Below, piece by piece: positions 1 to 9,300 of a DNA stretch of 64,000 bases. Below the pieces are notes generated by a model. It saw nothing but the letters and a program-made list of their open reading frames with translations. It was not told where the DNA came from and ran no database searches. The stretch is from an uncultured virus (IMG/VR IMGVR_UViG_3300048033_000643). Lineage: Duplodnaviria; Heunggongvirae; Uroviricota; Caudoviricetes; Crassvirales. Both the position numbers and the translations under genes were made by a program. Every line of letters begins with the position of its first letter. Positions within the stretch are counted from its first letter, which is position 1. The stretch is from IMG/VR virus record IMGVR_UViG_3300048033_000643; one strand, 5' to 3'.

Positions 1-95
1 TCTGATTTTTTACTGTCACCATACTGTTCTACAAATTCTTCATAGGATTTAGTATAGTCTCCAGCTTCGAATAAAAGGTTATATAGTTTTTCCAT
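1..95 (-). CDS. 5' part of a gene running off the left edge (MEKLYNLLFEAGDYTKSYEEFVEQYGDSKNQ...), probable large internal virion protein
   Basis: ATG at 95-93 overlaps the stop of the upstream gene (TAATG coupling); frame is open to position 1. Confidence 0.7.
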   Translation of the reverse strand, partial: MEKLYNLLFEAGDYTKSYEEFVEQYGDSKKS

Positions 96-2131
96 TAGTC
101 GTATTTACCACCGCCATCACCATATCCTCCGGCTTGTGCAGGTAATATTTGTTTTAAAATTTCGTCTACAGCTTTATTAACCCGTGACTTTAAGTCACCA
201 GTTTTAGTTCCTTTAACTACTATTGGATTCTTTCTTCCTTTTATTTTTATTGTAATAGTAGTTCCTGATATGTCATAACTTACATTTTGACTTGCAGAAC
301 TATCTCCTCTAGCTTCAGCAGCTTTATTTATTGCGGTTCTAATTCCGCCTTCTAAATTTTGCATTTCCTCTTTATCTCCATCTTGATAGATGTTAGTTTC
401 AATTCCGTCAACCGCATCATTATAAAAACTACTAACAGGAACAGCACCTTTACCTTCACCTATTGTAGAGTCGCTATTAATAGCTTCCCTCGCTTCTCTT
501 TTTTGTTGAGACGGAGTGCTTCTCTTTTTATTAATTTTATACTCACCGTCTTTAAAGTCTGGATAATCATCCCCCACATAAGTACCATCCCACTTACCAT
601 CTACCTTAGGTTTCCTGTTGGCTTCAACCATTTGTGATCGTCTTGTTGTAGGATTACCTTCCTTATCTACAAACTCACCTTTATTATTCATTTTGAATTT
701 CATTCTTGTACCCGCTTCATTCATAGCGTAATCAGATTGACTTCTGCCAGATATATTTGCCATACTTCTAGCATCTTTATATTCCGCACCATTTTTATCA
801 GTTTGGAAGAAAGCATAACCTGTGTTTAAGAAATCTTCTTTGTTCTTACCTTTAGATAATCTTTGTTGTTTTCTTTCGTCTCCATCAAAATACACTACAT
901 CAAAATAGTCTCCTTTGTCTTCAAAGCTATCATATCTAAATCCAGACGATGCATATAATGCATCTAAAGCTCCGTCTACCTGAGCTTGATCACCAGAGTA
1001 CACTGCATCTAAATTTTCAATTATAGTTCCTCCTTTTTTAATTAGATCATCCCTCTTGTTTTTGTCTTGTGGATTAAACCCTCTCTTAGCTGTTTGTTTA
1101 GAATCCATTTTGTTAGCTATCTTTCTTTTAACAATGTCAATAGCTTTTTGTTTATCTCCATCTTTAAATGTAAATTCAACAGTATTACCCGTACCTTTTA
1201 GATCAATATATTTTGGCGCTTTAGGATCATCAAATTGATACCCTGCTTGTGTTGCTAATATTTGAGCTATAGCAGCATCATCTCCAGTCAAAGCTTCAGC
1301 TTGTGAATCTAGCCACTGATCAAATGTAGTAATATCGTCTGGTAGACCTAGTTTTTTTAATCTGTCTTTGTTGTTAAACATTTGTCTAAAATCTGTAAGA
1401 GTATACTCTTCACCAGTATCAGGATCTACATAAGCCGTCATCATTACCCCTAAATCATCTACAATTTTATTAGTTTCTACATCTAAATCAACTTTAATTC
1501 CACCATCATACTTCATTAAATCTAAAATAACTCCTGGGTTTTGAAAAGCATTAGGGTTTTTTTCAGGATCAGGCATAATAGTATATTGTCCTTGATCGTC
1601 TTTACCCATGGTAACAACTTGTAGTTGTCCATTAGCCGGGTTAGTCATAAATTTTTTATCATTAAGGTTTCCAAAAGACTCAATACGTTTCATAAACGCC
1701 ATGTCTGCTTCAGTAGCTGTTTTATTTTTTACCCTTTCTTGAGCGGCTGTATACCATCCATCATAAACTTTAGTTATGTTTTTAAAATTAGTATAACCAT
1801 TTTTCATTTCATTTAATCTCGTTTTGTAATCATGCATTTTAAATACACCTTTACGAACAAGCCTCATATTCATCATAAGTTGCTCTTGTTGGGATTGTGC
1901 AGAATCTAATAAAGCTTTATCTAAAGATTGATTGTTTACATCAGGAAGTTCATTTAATTTTTCTATAGCAGATTGTGTAGCGTCTTCAACTGCCTGTTGA
2001 TCAGCTTTTCTTTTTTCGTTAAATAAACCTATTTGTCGTGATATAGTGTTAGCTACACTACCCCAATTCACTGGAGCTGCTGGATCTAGTCCTGCGTATG
2101 TAGAATATTTACTTTTATTAGATGTAGCCAT
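95..2131 (-). CDS. putative internal virion/ejected (cargo) protein, 678 aa
   Basis: Long charged helical ORF downstream of the tail genes, where podoviruses usually carry ejection proteins; no recognised motif. Confidence 0.5.
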   Translation of the reverse strand: MATSNKSKYSTYAGLDPAAPVNWGSVANTISRQIGLFNEKRKADQQAVEDATQSAIEKLNELPDVNNQSLDKALLDSAQSQQEQLMMNMRLVRKGVFKMHDYKTRLNEMKNGYTNFKNITKVYDGWYTAAQERVKNKTATEADMAFMKRIESFGNLNDKKFMTNPANGQLQVVTMGKDDQGQYTIMPDPEKNPNAFQNPGVILDLMKYDGGIKVDLDVETNKIVDDLGVMMTAYVDPDTGEEYTLTDFRQMFNNKDRLKKLGLPDDITTFDQWLDSQAEALTGDDAAIAQILATQAGYQFDDPKAPKYIDLKGTGNTVEFTFKDGDKQKAIDIVKRKIANKMDSKQTAKRGFNPQDKNKRDDLIKKGGTIIENLDAVYSGDQAQVDGALDALYASSGFRYDSFEDKGDYFDVVYFDGDERKQQRLSKGKNKEDFLNTGYAFFQTDKNGAEYKDARSMANISGRSQSDYAMNEAGTRMKFKMNNKGEFVDKEGNPTTRRSQMVEANRKPKVDGKWDGTYVGDDYPDFKDGEYKINKKRSTPSQQKREAREAINSDSTIGEGKGAVPVSSFYNDAVDGIETNIYQDGDKEEMQNLEGGIRTAINKAAEARGDSSASQNVSYDISGTTITIKIKGRKNPIVVKGTKTGDLKSRVNKAVDEILKQILPAQAGGYGDGGGKYD

Positions 2132-2134
2132 AAA

Positions 2135-2998
2135 TTATTTATTATCAAAAATCATTGAGGCCAAATCTTGTATGACGCTTGATTTCCCGCCTTTAAGATT
2201 TAACAGCATTTGTTTCTTTTCAGAGTTGCTTAATTTATTAAATAAAGGATTATCAGTAAACATTTTTCTTGTTTTTTCATTAGTCGCATCAAAGCCTTGA
2301 GGAAGGCCAGTCTCCTTAAACACATCCATACTTCCAACTTGATTGATTATGTCACTTGTTAATTTATCATCTCTACCTTGTAAGTAACCTGGAATCATTC
2401 CGGCAGCACCTTGTAATCCTGAGGCTAATCCTTCTTGAGCTCCCGCCATAGCTTGGCTCGCCTGTCTATCGGCATCTTTAGCTCTAAGAGATTCGTCTTG
2501 AGCCATACCTACATTTATATCTATACCTTGTTGGTTTATACTTTGTTTAGAGTCAGCTTTCATTTTATTATTAGCATACAATGCCTCACCTAATGCTATT
2601 CTAGTTTTTTCACCTTGTTCGCCAGCTAAAGCTCCAACTCTACCAACTCCAGAAGCGACTGATCTTGCGTCACCTTCTTGAAGCGCTTGTAATGATTGTT
2701 GTTGTTGTTGTAAAGTCTCTTCAAATTGTTTGTTAAACGCATCTAACGGTACGTTAACTCCAGCATAAAAATCTTTTTCAGCCATTCTTTTGGCTTCGTC
2801 CATTAATTGTTTGTTTTTTCTTTCTGCTTCAGCTTGTTTACGTCTCGCTGTAATCATACTGTCAATACCCATTCCAAAACTAGCTAACCCAGATAATGCG
2901 CCAATACCTCCAGAAACTGCACCAAAAATTTCTTCTGTGCTCATTCCTTCACCGTCTTTATATCGGTCTTGATTTTGTTTTTGTTTCCACCTAGGCAT
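2135..2998 (-). CDS. putative internal virion/pilot protein, 287 aa
   Basis: Gly/Ala-rich hydrophobic N-terminal segment (GAVSGGIGALSGLASFGMG) followed by a Q/A-rich coiled coil, as in ejection/pilot proteins. Confidence 0.55.
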   Translation of the reverse strand: MPRWKQKQNQDRYKDGEGMSTEEIFGAVSGGIGALSGLASFGMGIDSMITARRKQAEAERKNKQLMDEAKRMAEKDFYAGVNVPLDAFNKQFEETLQQQQQSLQALQEGDARSVASGVGRVGALAGEQGEKTRIALGEALYANNKMKADSKQSINQQGIDINVGMAQDESLRAKDADRQASQAMAGAQEGLASGLQGAAGMIPGYLQGRDDKLTSDIINQVGSMDVFKETGLPQGFDATNEKTRKMFTDNPLFNKLSNSEKKQMLLNLKGGKSSVIQDLASMIFDNK

Positions 2999-3026
2999 AT
3001 TAATAATTTTTAATGGTTAGAATACA

Positions 3027-3034
3027 CAAAGATA
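3027..3034 (-). promoter_or_regulatory. Bacteroidota-type -7 promoter box TATCTTTG
   Basis: Matches TAnnTTTG, in the gap upstream of the 2998 start. Confidence 0.6.
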
Positions 3035-3041
3035 CTAAATT

Positions 3042-3797
3042 CTAAGGATAACTTTTCATGACATCACTACCTACTGAGAATAGTTCAACCGGACTGGTAT
3101 TACTGTTTGTTAAAGTAAATTCCATGTAATATCCTAGAACACCATGCGATTCTGCAATACTGTTTTTGTAGGACATTATAAAGTCTCCTTGTACAGGGAT
3201 ATATGCGTTAGGATCGGATGCGTCTACGGTAAGTGTATTGGCCGTCATTGAAGTAATTGATCCTACTAACTCAGGGGTTGTCTTTGCGTAGATAGCATCG
3301 CCTACACTTAGAATACTTCCTAAGGGTTCTGTGAATGTTATAACTGTAGCATTTGCAGCACCAGCAACAGCTGTAGCAGAACCTAAACCATTTGCAGATC
3401 TAAAGTTCCAATTTACAGTGTCAGCCTTACTTCTAATATATGTAAACCATTCTCCCTCTTTCTTTTCAAAATAAGCGCTTGCCATAGATCCACTGTTTAA
3501 ATCTGTATGTAAATCTGACACTGTCCAACTGTCGTCACTTTCTAAAGACAATGTTTTAAATAATTTTATATCTAATGTTGGTTTAGGATTAAACACACTA
3601 GTAATAGATGATGTTCCCTGAATACCATAATAGTTATTACGCAAAGAGTTTGTATTGTGTTGATATAAATTACCTCCTTTAAAAGAATAAAAGTAACTAT
3701 TCATACCAATCATAAAGTCTGGATAGAAAGTATAGAACGATGGCCAGCCTTTGCTGCCGTCACTATATGATAATGTTTGTAATGTTTCTATTGCCAT
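3042..3797 (-). CDS. tail protein resembling the C-terminal part of a tail stabilization (muzzle-like) protein
   Basis: TLSYSDGSKGWPSFYTFYPDFMIGMN...KLFKTLSLES...FEKKEGEWF motifs, which I recall from C-termini of crAss-like stabilization proteins. Confidence 0.6.
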   Translation of the reverse strand: MAIETLQTLSYSDGSKGWPSFYTFYPDFMIGMNSYFYSFKGGNLYQHNTNSLRNNYYGIQGTSSITSVFNPKPTLDIKLFKTLSLESDDSWTVSDLHTDLNSGSMASAYFEKKEGEWFTYIRSKADTVNWNFRSANGLGSATAVAGAANATVITFTEPLGSILSVGDAIYAKTTPELVGSITSMTANTLTVDASDPNAYIPVQGDFIMSYKNSIAESHGVLGYYMEFTLTNSNTSPVELFSVGSDVMKSYP

Positions 3798-3807
3798 ATC
3801 TTTTTAT

Positions 3808-4749
3808 TTAACATAATTGAGGATAACCGAAATTCACAACACCACTACTATTTACTTGAATATAATTTCTGTTATTACTTCCAGTGCCACTTAAATAATA
3901 ATACCCACCAATTAAAGTGGTTGTTCCAGCAGAATCACTGTAACAAGTATCCCCTGTAGCTGGCAGCGTGCCACTTCCATCGTGATAATAAGTTTGATTA
4001 GCTGGAGGGTTTGATCCGTCAAATGGACACACTCCGTTAAAGTTACCCATAGTGGATGAGCTGTATGATGTTAATGCTGAAGGACATGATGTGACAGAAG
4101 CTACTACACCCGCTCCTCCTGTTATTTCTATATAAATCCCACTTCCAGTTGTAGCAATTTTATAAAAACCATTACCTAACACAGTAGTTTTACATAAATC
4201 ACTGTAGCATACATCTGTTGCAACCGGAGGCTGACCAGAAGATCCGTTATGGTAATAAGTTTGATTTATAGTAGCAGCACATGCGTTAGTTGATGTGGTT
4301 TTAACCAAACTAGACGTAAACGCTACCCCTACTGAAATTGTGCCAACACTAGCAACAACACCTGAACCACCTGTTATTTGCATAAACGTAGTTGAAGTTA
4401 ACTTATAATATCCATTACCTAAAACATTTTGTCCAGGATCTGAATAACATACGTTAGTTGCAACAGGCGTACTTCCTGAGCCTGTATGGTAATATGTTTG
4501 ATTTATTGTTGCTCCACATGCAGCTGACTCGCTTGCTTCTACCGTAGAAGAACTGAATGTTGTACACTCACAAGTATATGTTGTACTTAAAACAGGTGTG
4601 CTAGGCGCACCCGTTTGTTGTCTAAATGTATTGCTAGACGTTTTGTACCAACCGTTTGGAGCCGCTGTTGTCAATGCCGCATTTGTATATATGGCTGTAG
4701 CGGTTGCAAAGGAAGTTGTGTTTAAAAAGTAGGTTCCTTGCGTGGGCAT
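3808..4749 (-). CDS. Cys/Thr/Ser/Gly-rich repeat virion protein with three C..NQTYYHxG..P...CYSD...GYY modules
   Basis: Internal repeats visible in the translation; lies in the structural operon. Confidence 0.75.
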   Translation of the reverse strand: MPTQGTYFLNTTSFATATAIYTNAALTTAAPNGWYKTSSNTFRQQTGAPSTPVLSTTYTCECTTFSSSTVEASESAACGATINQTYYHTGSGSTPVATNVCYSDPGQNVLGNGYYKLTSTTFMQITGGSGVVASVGTISVGVAFTSSLVKTTSTNACAATINQTYYHNGSSGQPPVATDVCYSDLCKTTVLGNGFYKIATTGSGIYIEITGGAGVVASVTSCPSALTSYSSSTMGNFNGVCPFDGSNPPANQTYYHDGSGTLPATGDTCYSDSAGTTTLIGGYYYLSGTGSNNRNYIQVNSSGVVNFGYPQLC

Positions 4750-4763
4750 TTATTTTATTTTAT

Positions 4764-5762
4764 TTATGGGGCACAATTGCTTATTCCCGCTACATACCCG
4801 TCAGTTCCAGTAATATGAATCTTTTTATTTGCTGAGCCGTCTACATAGTGATAATGTTTTGGATCAGCTACTGCTGTACCTGCTGAGTTTGTAAACATCG
4901 TATCACCTGCTACTGGATAAGTTCCGCTTCCGTTATGATAGTAAGTTGTTCCTGGCGTTAATGAACATACTCCAAGGAAGTTACCACCTATTGTAGCTGT
5001 AAACGATGTTAAACTTGAACATCCAGTACAACACACATCATCTGCACTTGTTCCTACACATAAGCTAATTGAAGTTGCACAATCTGAACATGTAGTTTGT
5101 GTTCCTAAAGTTCCTGTTCCTCCCGTTACTTCTCTATAAACAATAGCTCCTCCGTTACCAGGGTTAAATGAATAGAATCCATTACTTGCCACTGTAGTTC
5201 CGTCAGCTGTACTATACAATATAGTTGAACTTGCAAAAGTTGTTTGGTTCATGTAATATGTACCTGACACGCCTGTACAACATCCTATTGCTGCTGTACT
5301 ACCAAATGTTAATCCTACTGCCGGGAAACATGTAGCACACGATACTGCTGTGCTTAAACCTGTTCCATCTTCTGCATCACTTGTTTTTTCTCTACTTTGA
5401 GAACTATATGAATAAAATTGATTAGCTGCAAAACTACTCAATAATGGATTTGTATAAATACTGTTTGTTGCTGTAAAAGAAGTTTCTACATAAAATGATG
5501 AAGTAGTCCCAGAACAACATGCTGCGAATGCTGACGCTCCGTAACCTAAAGTCAAAAGAACTCCACATGTAGTACATGCAGCTGAAGGGCCTAGCGCACC
5601 AGTACCTCCAGTTACCTCTCTATAAACATTGTTATTGTCTTTATACCATCCGTTAGGAGCAGCTGTTGTTAACGTTGCTTCTGTATATATATTTGTAGCA
5701 GTGTTGGCGTTTCCTGAAGCCCAGACTGTATCATTTAAAAAGTAGGTTCCTTGCGTTGGCAT
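4764..5762 (-). CDS. Cys-rich repeat virion protein, paralog of 3808-4749
   Basis: Identical N-terminus MPTQGTYFLN and shared LTTAAPNGWYK; CxxC and CC linkers; one TYYHNGSG module. Confidence 0.75.
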   Translation of the reverse strand: MPTQGTYFLNDTVWASGNANTATNIYTEATLTTAAPNGWYKDNNNVYREVTGGTGALGPSAACTTCGVLLTLGYGASAFAACCSGTTSSFYVETSFTATNSIYTNPLLSSFAANQFYSYSSQSREKTSDAEDGTGLSTAVSCATCFPAVGLTFGSTAAIGCCTGVSGTYYMNQTTFASSTILYSTADGTTVASNGFYSFNPGNGGAIVYREVTGGTGTLGTQTTCSDCATSISLCVGTSADDVCCTGCSSLTSFTATIGGNFLGVCSLTPGTTYYHNGSGTYPVAGDTMFTNSAGTAVADPKHYHYVDGSANKKIHITGTDGYVAGISNCAP

Positions 5763-5822
5763 AAACTAATAATTTTATTCTTGTAAATTTACAAAAAAAA
5801 AATATAATATCCTTAAGGTTGA

Positions 5823-6323
5823 CTAAGGAGTTCCACAAGCTTCAAGTAGCGCTACAAACCCTGTATTATTTGTAATTCTAAAAAACGTACTTGTTCCAGA
5901 TGCATTAGTGTGATAATAATCATTAGCTAAAGGATTTACTCCGTTAGCGTCGGAGTAGACTAGCTCTCCAGCCGCAGGTATAGTTCCGGATCCGTTATGA
6001 TAATATGTTTGCGTATAGTTAGTGTCTCCACATACCCCGTTAAAAGTCCCTCCTATTGTTGCAGAAAAAGCTGTAAGTGTTGTTCCACAACCAACACAAC
6101 AGACTTCAGATGCTGAAGTAGAGTCATAGCATAACGACAATGCATCTCCACAGGTCGGACAATTTGCAGCTGCTTGCAGAATACCATTCACCTGTCTACG
6201 AGCAATAGTACCTAAAGAATAATAACCGTCAGCAGCTAAAGTGTTTAGCGCTTGATCAGTGTATAAAGAAATTGCATTTGCAAAACTTAATCCATCAAAG
6301 TAATATGTTGCTCTTGTTGCCAT
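5823..6323 (-). CDS. Cys-rich repeat virion protein, 166 aa
   Basis: Same two module types as its neighbours (TYYFDG..FANA..YTD; QTYYHNGSG). Confidence 0.75.
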   Translation of the reverse strand: MATRATYYFDGLSFANAISLYTDQALNTLAADGYYSLGTIARRQVNGILQAAANCPTCGDALSLCYDSTSASEVCCVGCGTTLTAFSATIGGTFNGVCGDTNYTQTYYHNGSGTIPAAGELVYSDANGVNPLANDYYHTNASGTSTFFRITNNTGFVALLEACGTP

Positions 6324-6330
6324 AATTTAT

Positions 6331-9300
6331 TTAACAATTTTGTAATCCATTTCCGTCTATATCTCCCGAGCCGTCAGTTCCAAACCATACGTTAGCAGCT
6401 CCATTAGTTCCAACACTATACAATAACACTATACCTGTAGCAACCGTTCCTGTGTTATCACTATATATAGTAGTTCCAGCACCGTCACTTGGCCCTGTTC
6501 CTGTTGTAGTATAATATACTTCGTCTAAAACTCCAGAATACATACACGCTGTTTGAGGGTTTGCTTGTTGTTTAGTGTTGAACGGATAGTAAGTTACCGT
6601 AGGGCAAGTTACTACCGCATATACTTGTCCAGTACCTAAGTTTAAATTAATAAATTCTGTTGAAGATATTCTGTAGTATCCGTCAGTCAACTTAGTCTGC
6701 CCTTGATCTGAATAACAGAAGTCTCCAGCTTGAGGCGCTGCATTAGCCCCAGTATGATAATATGTCTGATCTATTGATTGTGTACAAATAGTTGATATTT
6801 GAGGATCATTTACACTAGAATTAAATGCCTTTATTGCACAACTTCCATTACTAACAACCACTCCACTACTATTAACTTGTATCCACTCATTATTACTTCC
6901 CACTTCATAATATCCAGATTGTAATCTTGTACTTGATGCGCTGTCATCACATGTTGAAGAAGAATAAACAGTATCACCAATTGAAGGTAATACGTTTACA
7001 CCATCATGATAATATGTTTGACTTGCAGGCTGTACACACGCTATAGCTATAGAAGACTGTACTGTACTTGATAAATATGGTGTACAGAAATCTCCACAAC
7101 CACAACACGCATCACCGACTACACTAGCATCATAACAGAACGAAGCTGAGTTAGTTGTTCTGTAATCGTATATTAAATATAAGTATTGATTTTGAACAGG
7201 TAAATTTATTGAAGATATTGTTGCTTGATATAATCCACTTGAAGGACTGTTTACATCTGAGTTTGGCACTGTAGTTGCAGCAGCCAATAACGCATTTATA
7301 TCGGTACTATTATTATCATATAAAGTGTTTGATGATAGCCATGCAAAATTATCATTGTTTACTACCCATGTATAGTCATCAAAATTAATTTTATTTGACC
7401 TTACCGTTACGTTAGATCCTGAGTAAGGATATACACCTATTGATCTTGTTCCTGATTGTATAAAATATTGTGAAGCTATTTGAACGTCTGATCCAAAAGT
7501 CATCATGTTTGACGCTACTGGACTTGAAACGTTTGCGTCGTCCCATTTAAATTCGTTATGAATAAACTTACCAACATCTTCACTTGAACTTATACCTACT
7601 TGAACTACTACTAAAGAAGTTTCTGTAGGACAGTTACATGTTATATCGTAGTCGGCTGATGGGTTTGGCGTAACCGTAACTAAAACAGTTGTTGGACTAT
7701 TTTTAGTTTTATTAAAATTTAAACTTCCACTAGTTGTAGCATTACTTACTGAAGCTACTTGAGTGCCGTCCCAAACCATACTTACACTCATAGTTCCTGA
7801 CGAAATAGTATAATCAAACACTACATTACCAATTACATTTCCTATTTCTATTGTATATTCTTGAGCACTTGTAGAATTTACTAATGATTTTTGTGTTCCA
7901 CAAGGTAATATTACCGGTGGTAATGGTACTGTATCTCCATTAGTGCTTAATACATATTCGTCCATATACGGATCATAAGCTCCTAGTTTCTGTGTATTTA
8001 ACTGAACATTAAACTGATCTCTAAACCATGATCTCATTCCGGTGTCAGATATAACTTCTAACGCATCATTATTAGCTGATGTACCTTTTAGTTTTATTAC
8101 AGCAGTTCTTTTAGTGTCGGTAAAATACATGTCATAACCCCAAGAACTGAAGCTTTCTGGGTTGTAACTAATACCATACTCTTCTATTCTAGCTATTTGT
8201 GTTCCTAAAACTTGAGGCACTGATGCAATAACACCACCACCTGTTGAATCACTAATAAGATTTTTTCCAGTTAACACATAACTTATCTTATCTTCTTGCA
8301 ACACAAGAATATCTGTTTCTCTTGAATGCAGTTTCATTATAGGGCCAAAGCTTGTTTCTAAATCTTTGAAATTTACTAACCCTAAATTAAATTCATTTAA
8401 GTTATTTAAATTAGAATTACTACTATATATACCACTGTATGTTAATTCAGCAAATCTATCTGCTTCTTTAAAATCTTCTTTTGACACCGCCAAAACTCTT
8501 TCACCTAAGTTTACAGCTTGACCATCTAACGCATCTAATACTTTGTAACTTTCTACTCCATTTCCAAAAGTGTAACAATTAAAAAACGGTAATGTTACAA
8601 TAGCATCTTGCGTTGCAGTTTGAGCTTGGTCTCCATCGCCATTACCACCCATGTGATAACCACCTATAACGTCATAAGCTTCAGATGAATCATAAAACAA
8701 ATTAGGATCTGCATCCGCAGGTTGTGTTTCCCATACAATTAAATTATTAGCTCTAGTAACCACTATCTCAGCTTCCATGAACCAAGTTTTCCCGCCGTTA
8801 GCGCACGCAATTACCCCACTTCTACAAGCTAAATATAATGGAGAAGCCGCATCACCTGGCGTTGCTTGCCAAAATTGGAAGCTAGGTGTCCATGGTGCTG
8901 GACATTGTACAGCTCCAGGGCTAGTAGCAATTGTATTAATAAAAACAGGATTTTGTAACCTTCCATCACCGTCATCAATAACATCTCCTGCTGCTGGATT
9001 TATAAAATCTCCTTGAAACCAAGCATGTAAGTCATCATAATCTTGTGAAGAAACATAAGTGTTTTCCCATATATAGTCTATACCAGGACATCCACTTGCA
9101 TCATGTCTGCCTATTCTCCATTTTATTTTTACACTAGACTGTGCTGGTATTGTATAGTTGTCAGTAACATTATTAGAGTCAGTAGTAAAAGCCGGATACT
9201 GTAAATAAGGAGTGCAATAAGATCTGCTAGTATCGGATGCAGTTTTTTCACCCGCATCAATAACAGCATTTGAGTCTAAATTAATACTAAAGTTTTGAGC

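Noticed and set aside
3808..7140. Diversity-generating retroelement behind the repeated Cys modules
   Set aside because: No reverse transcriptase in the window, and the repeats differ at all bases rather than only at adenines; no TR/VR pair seen
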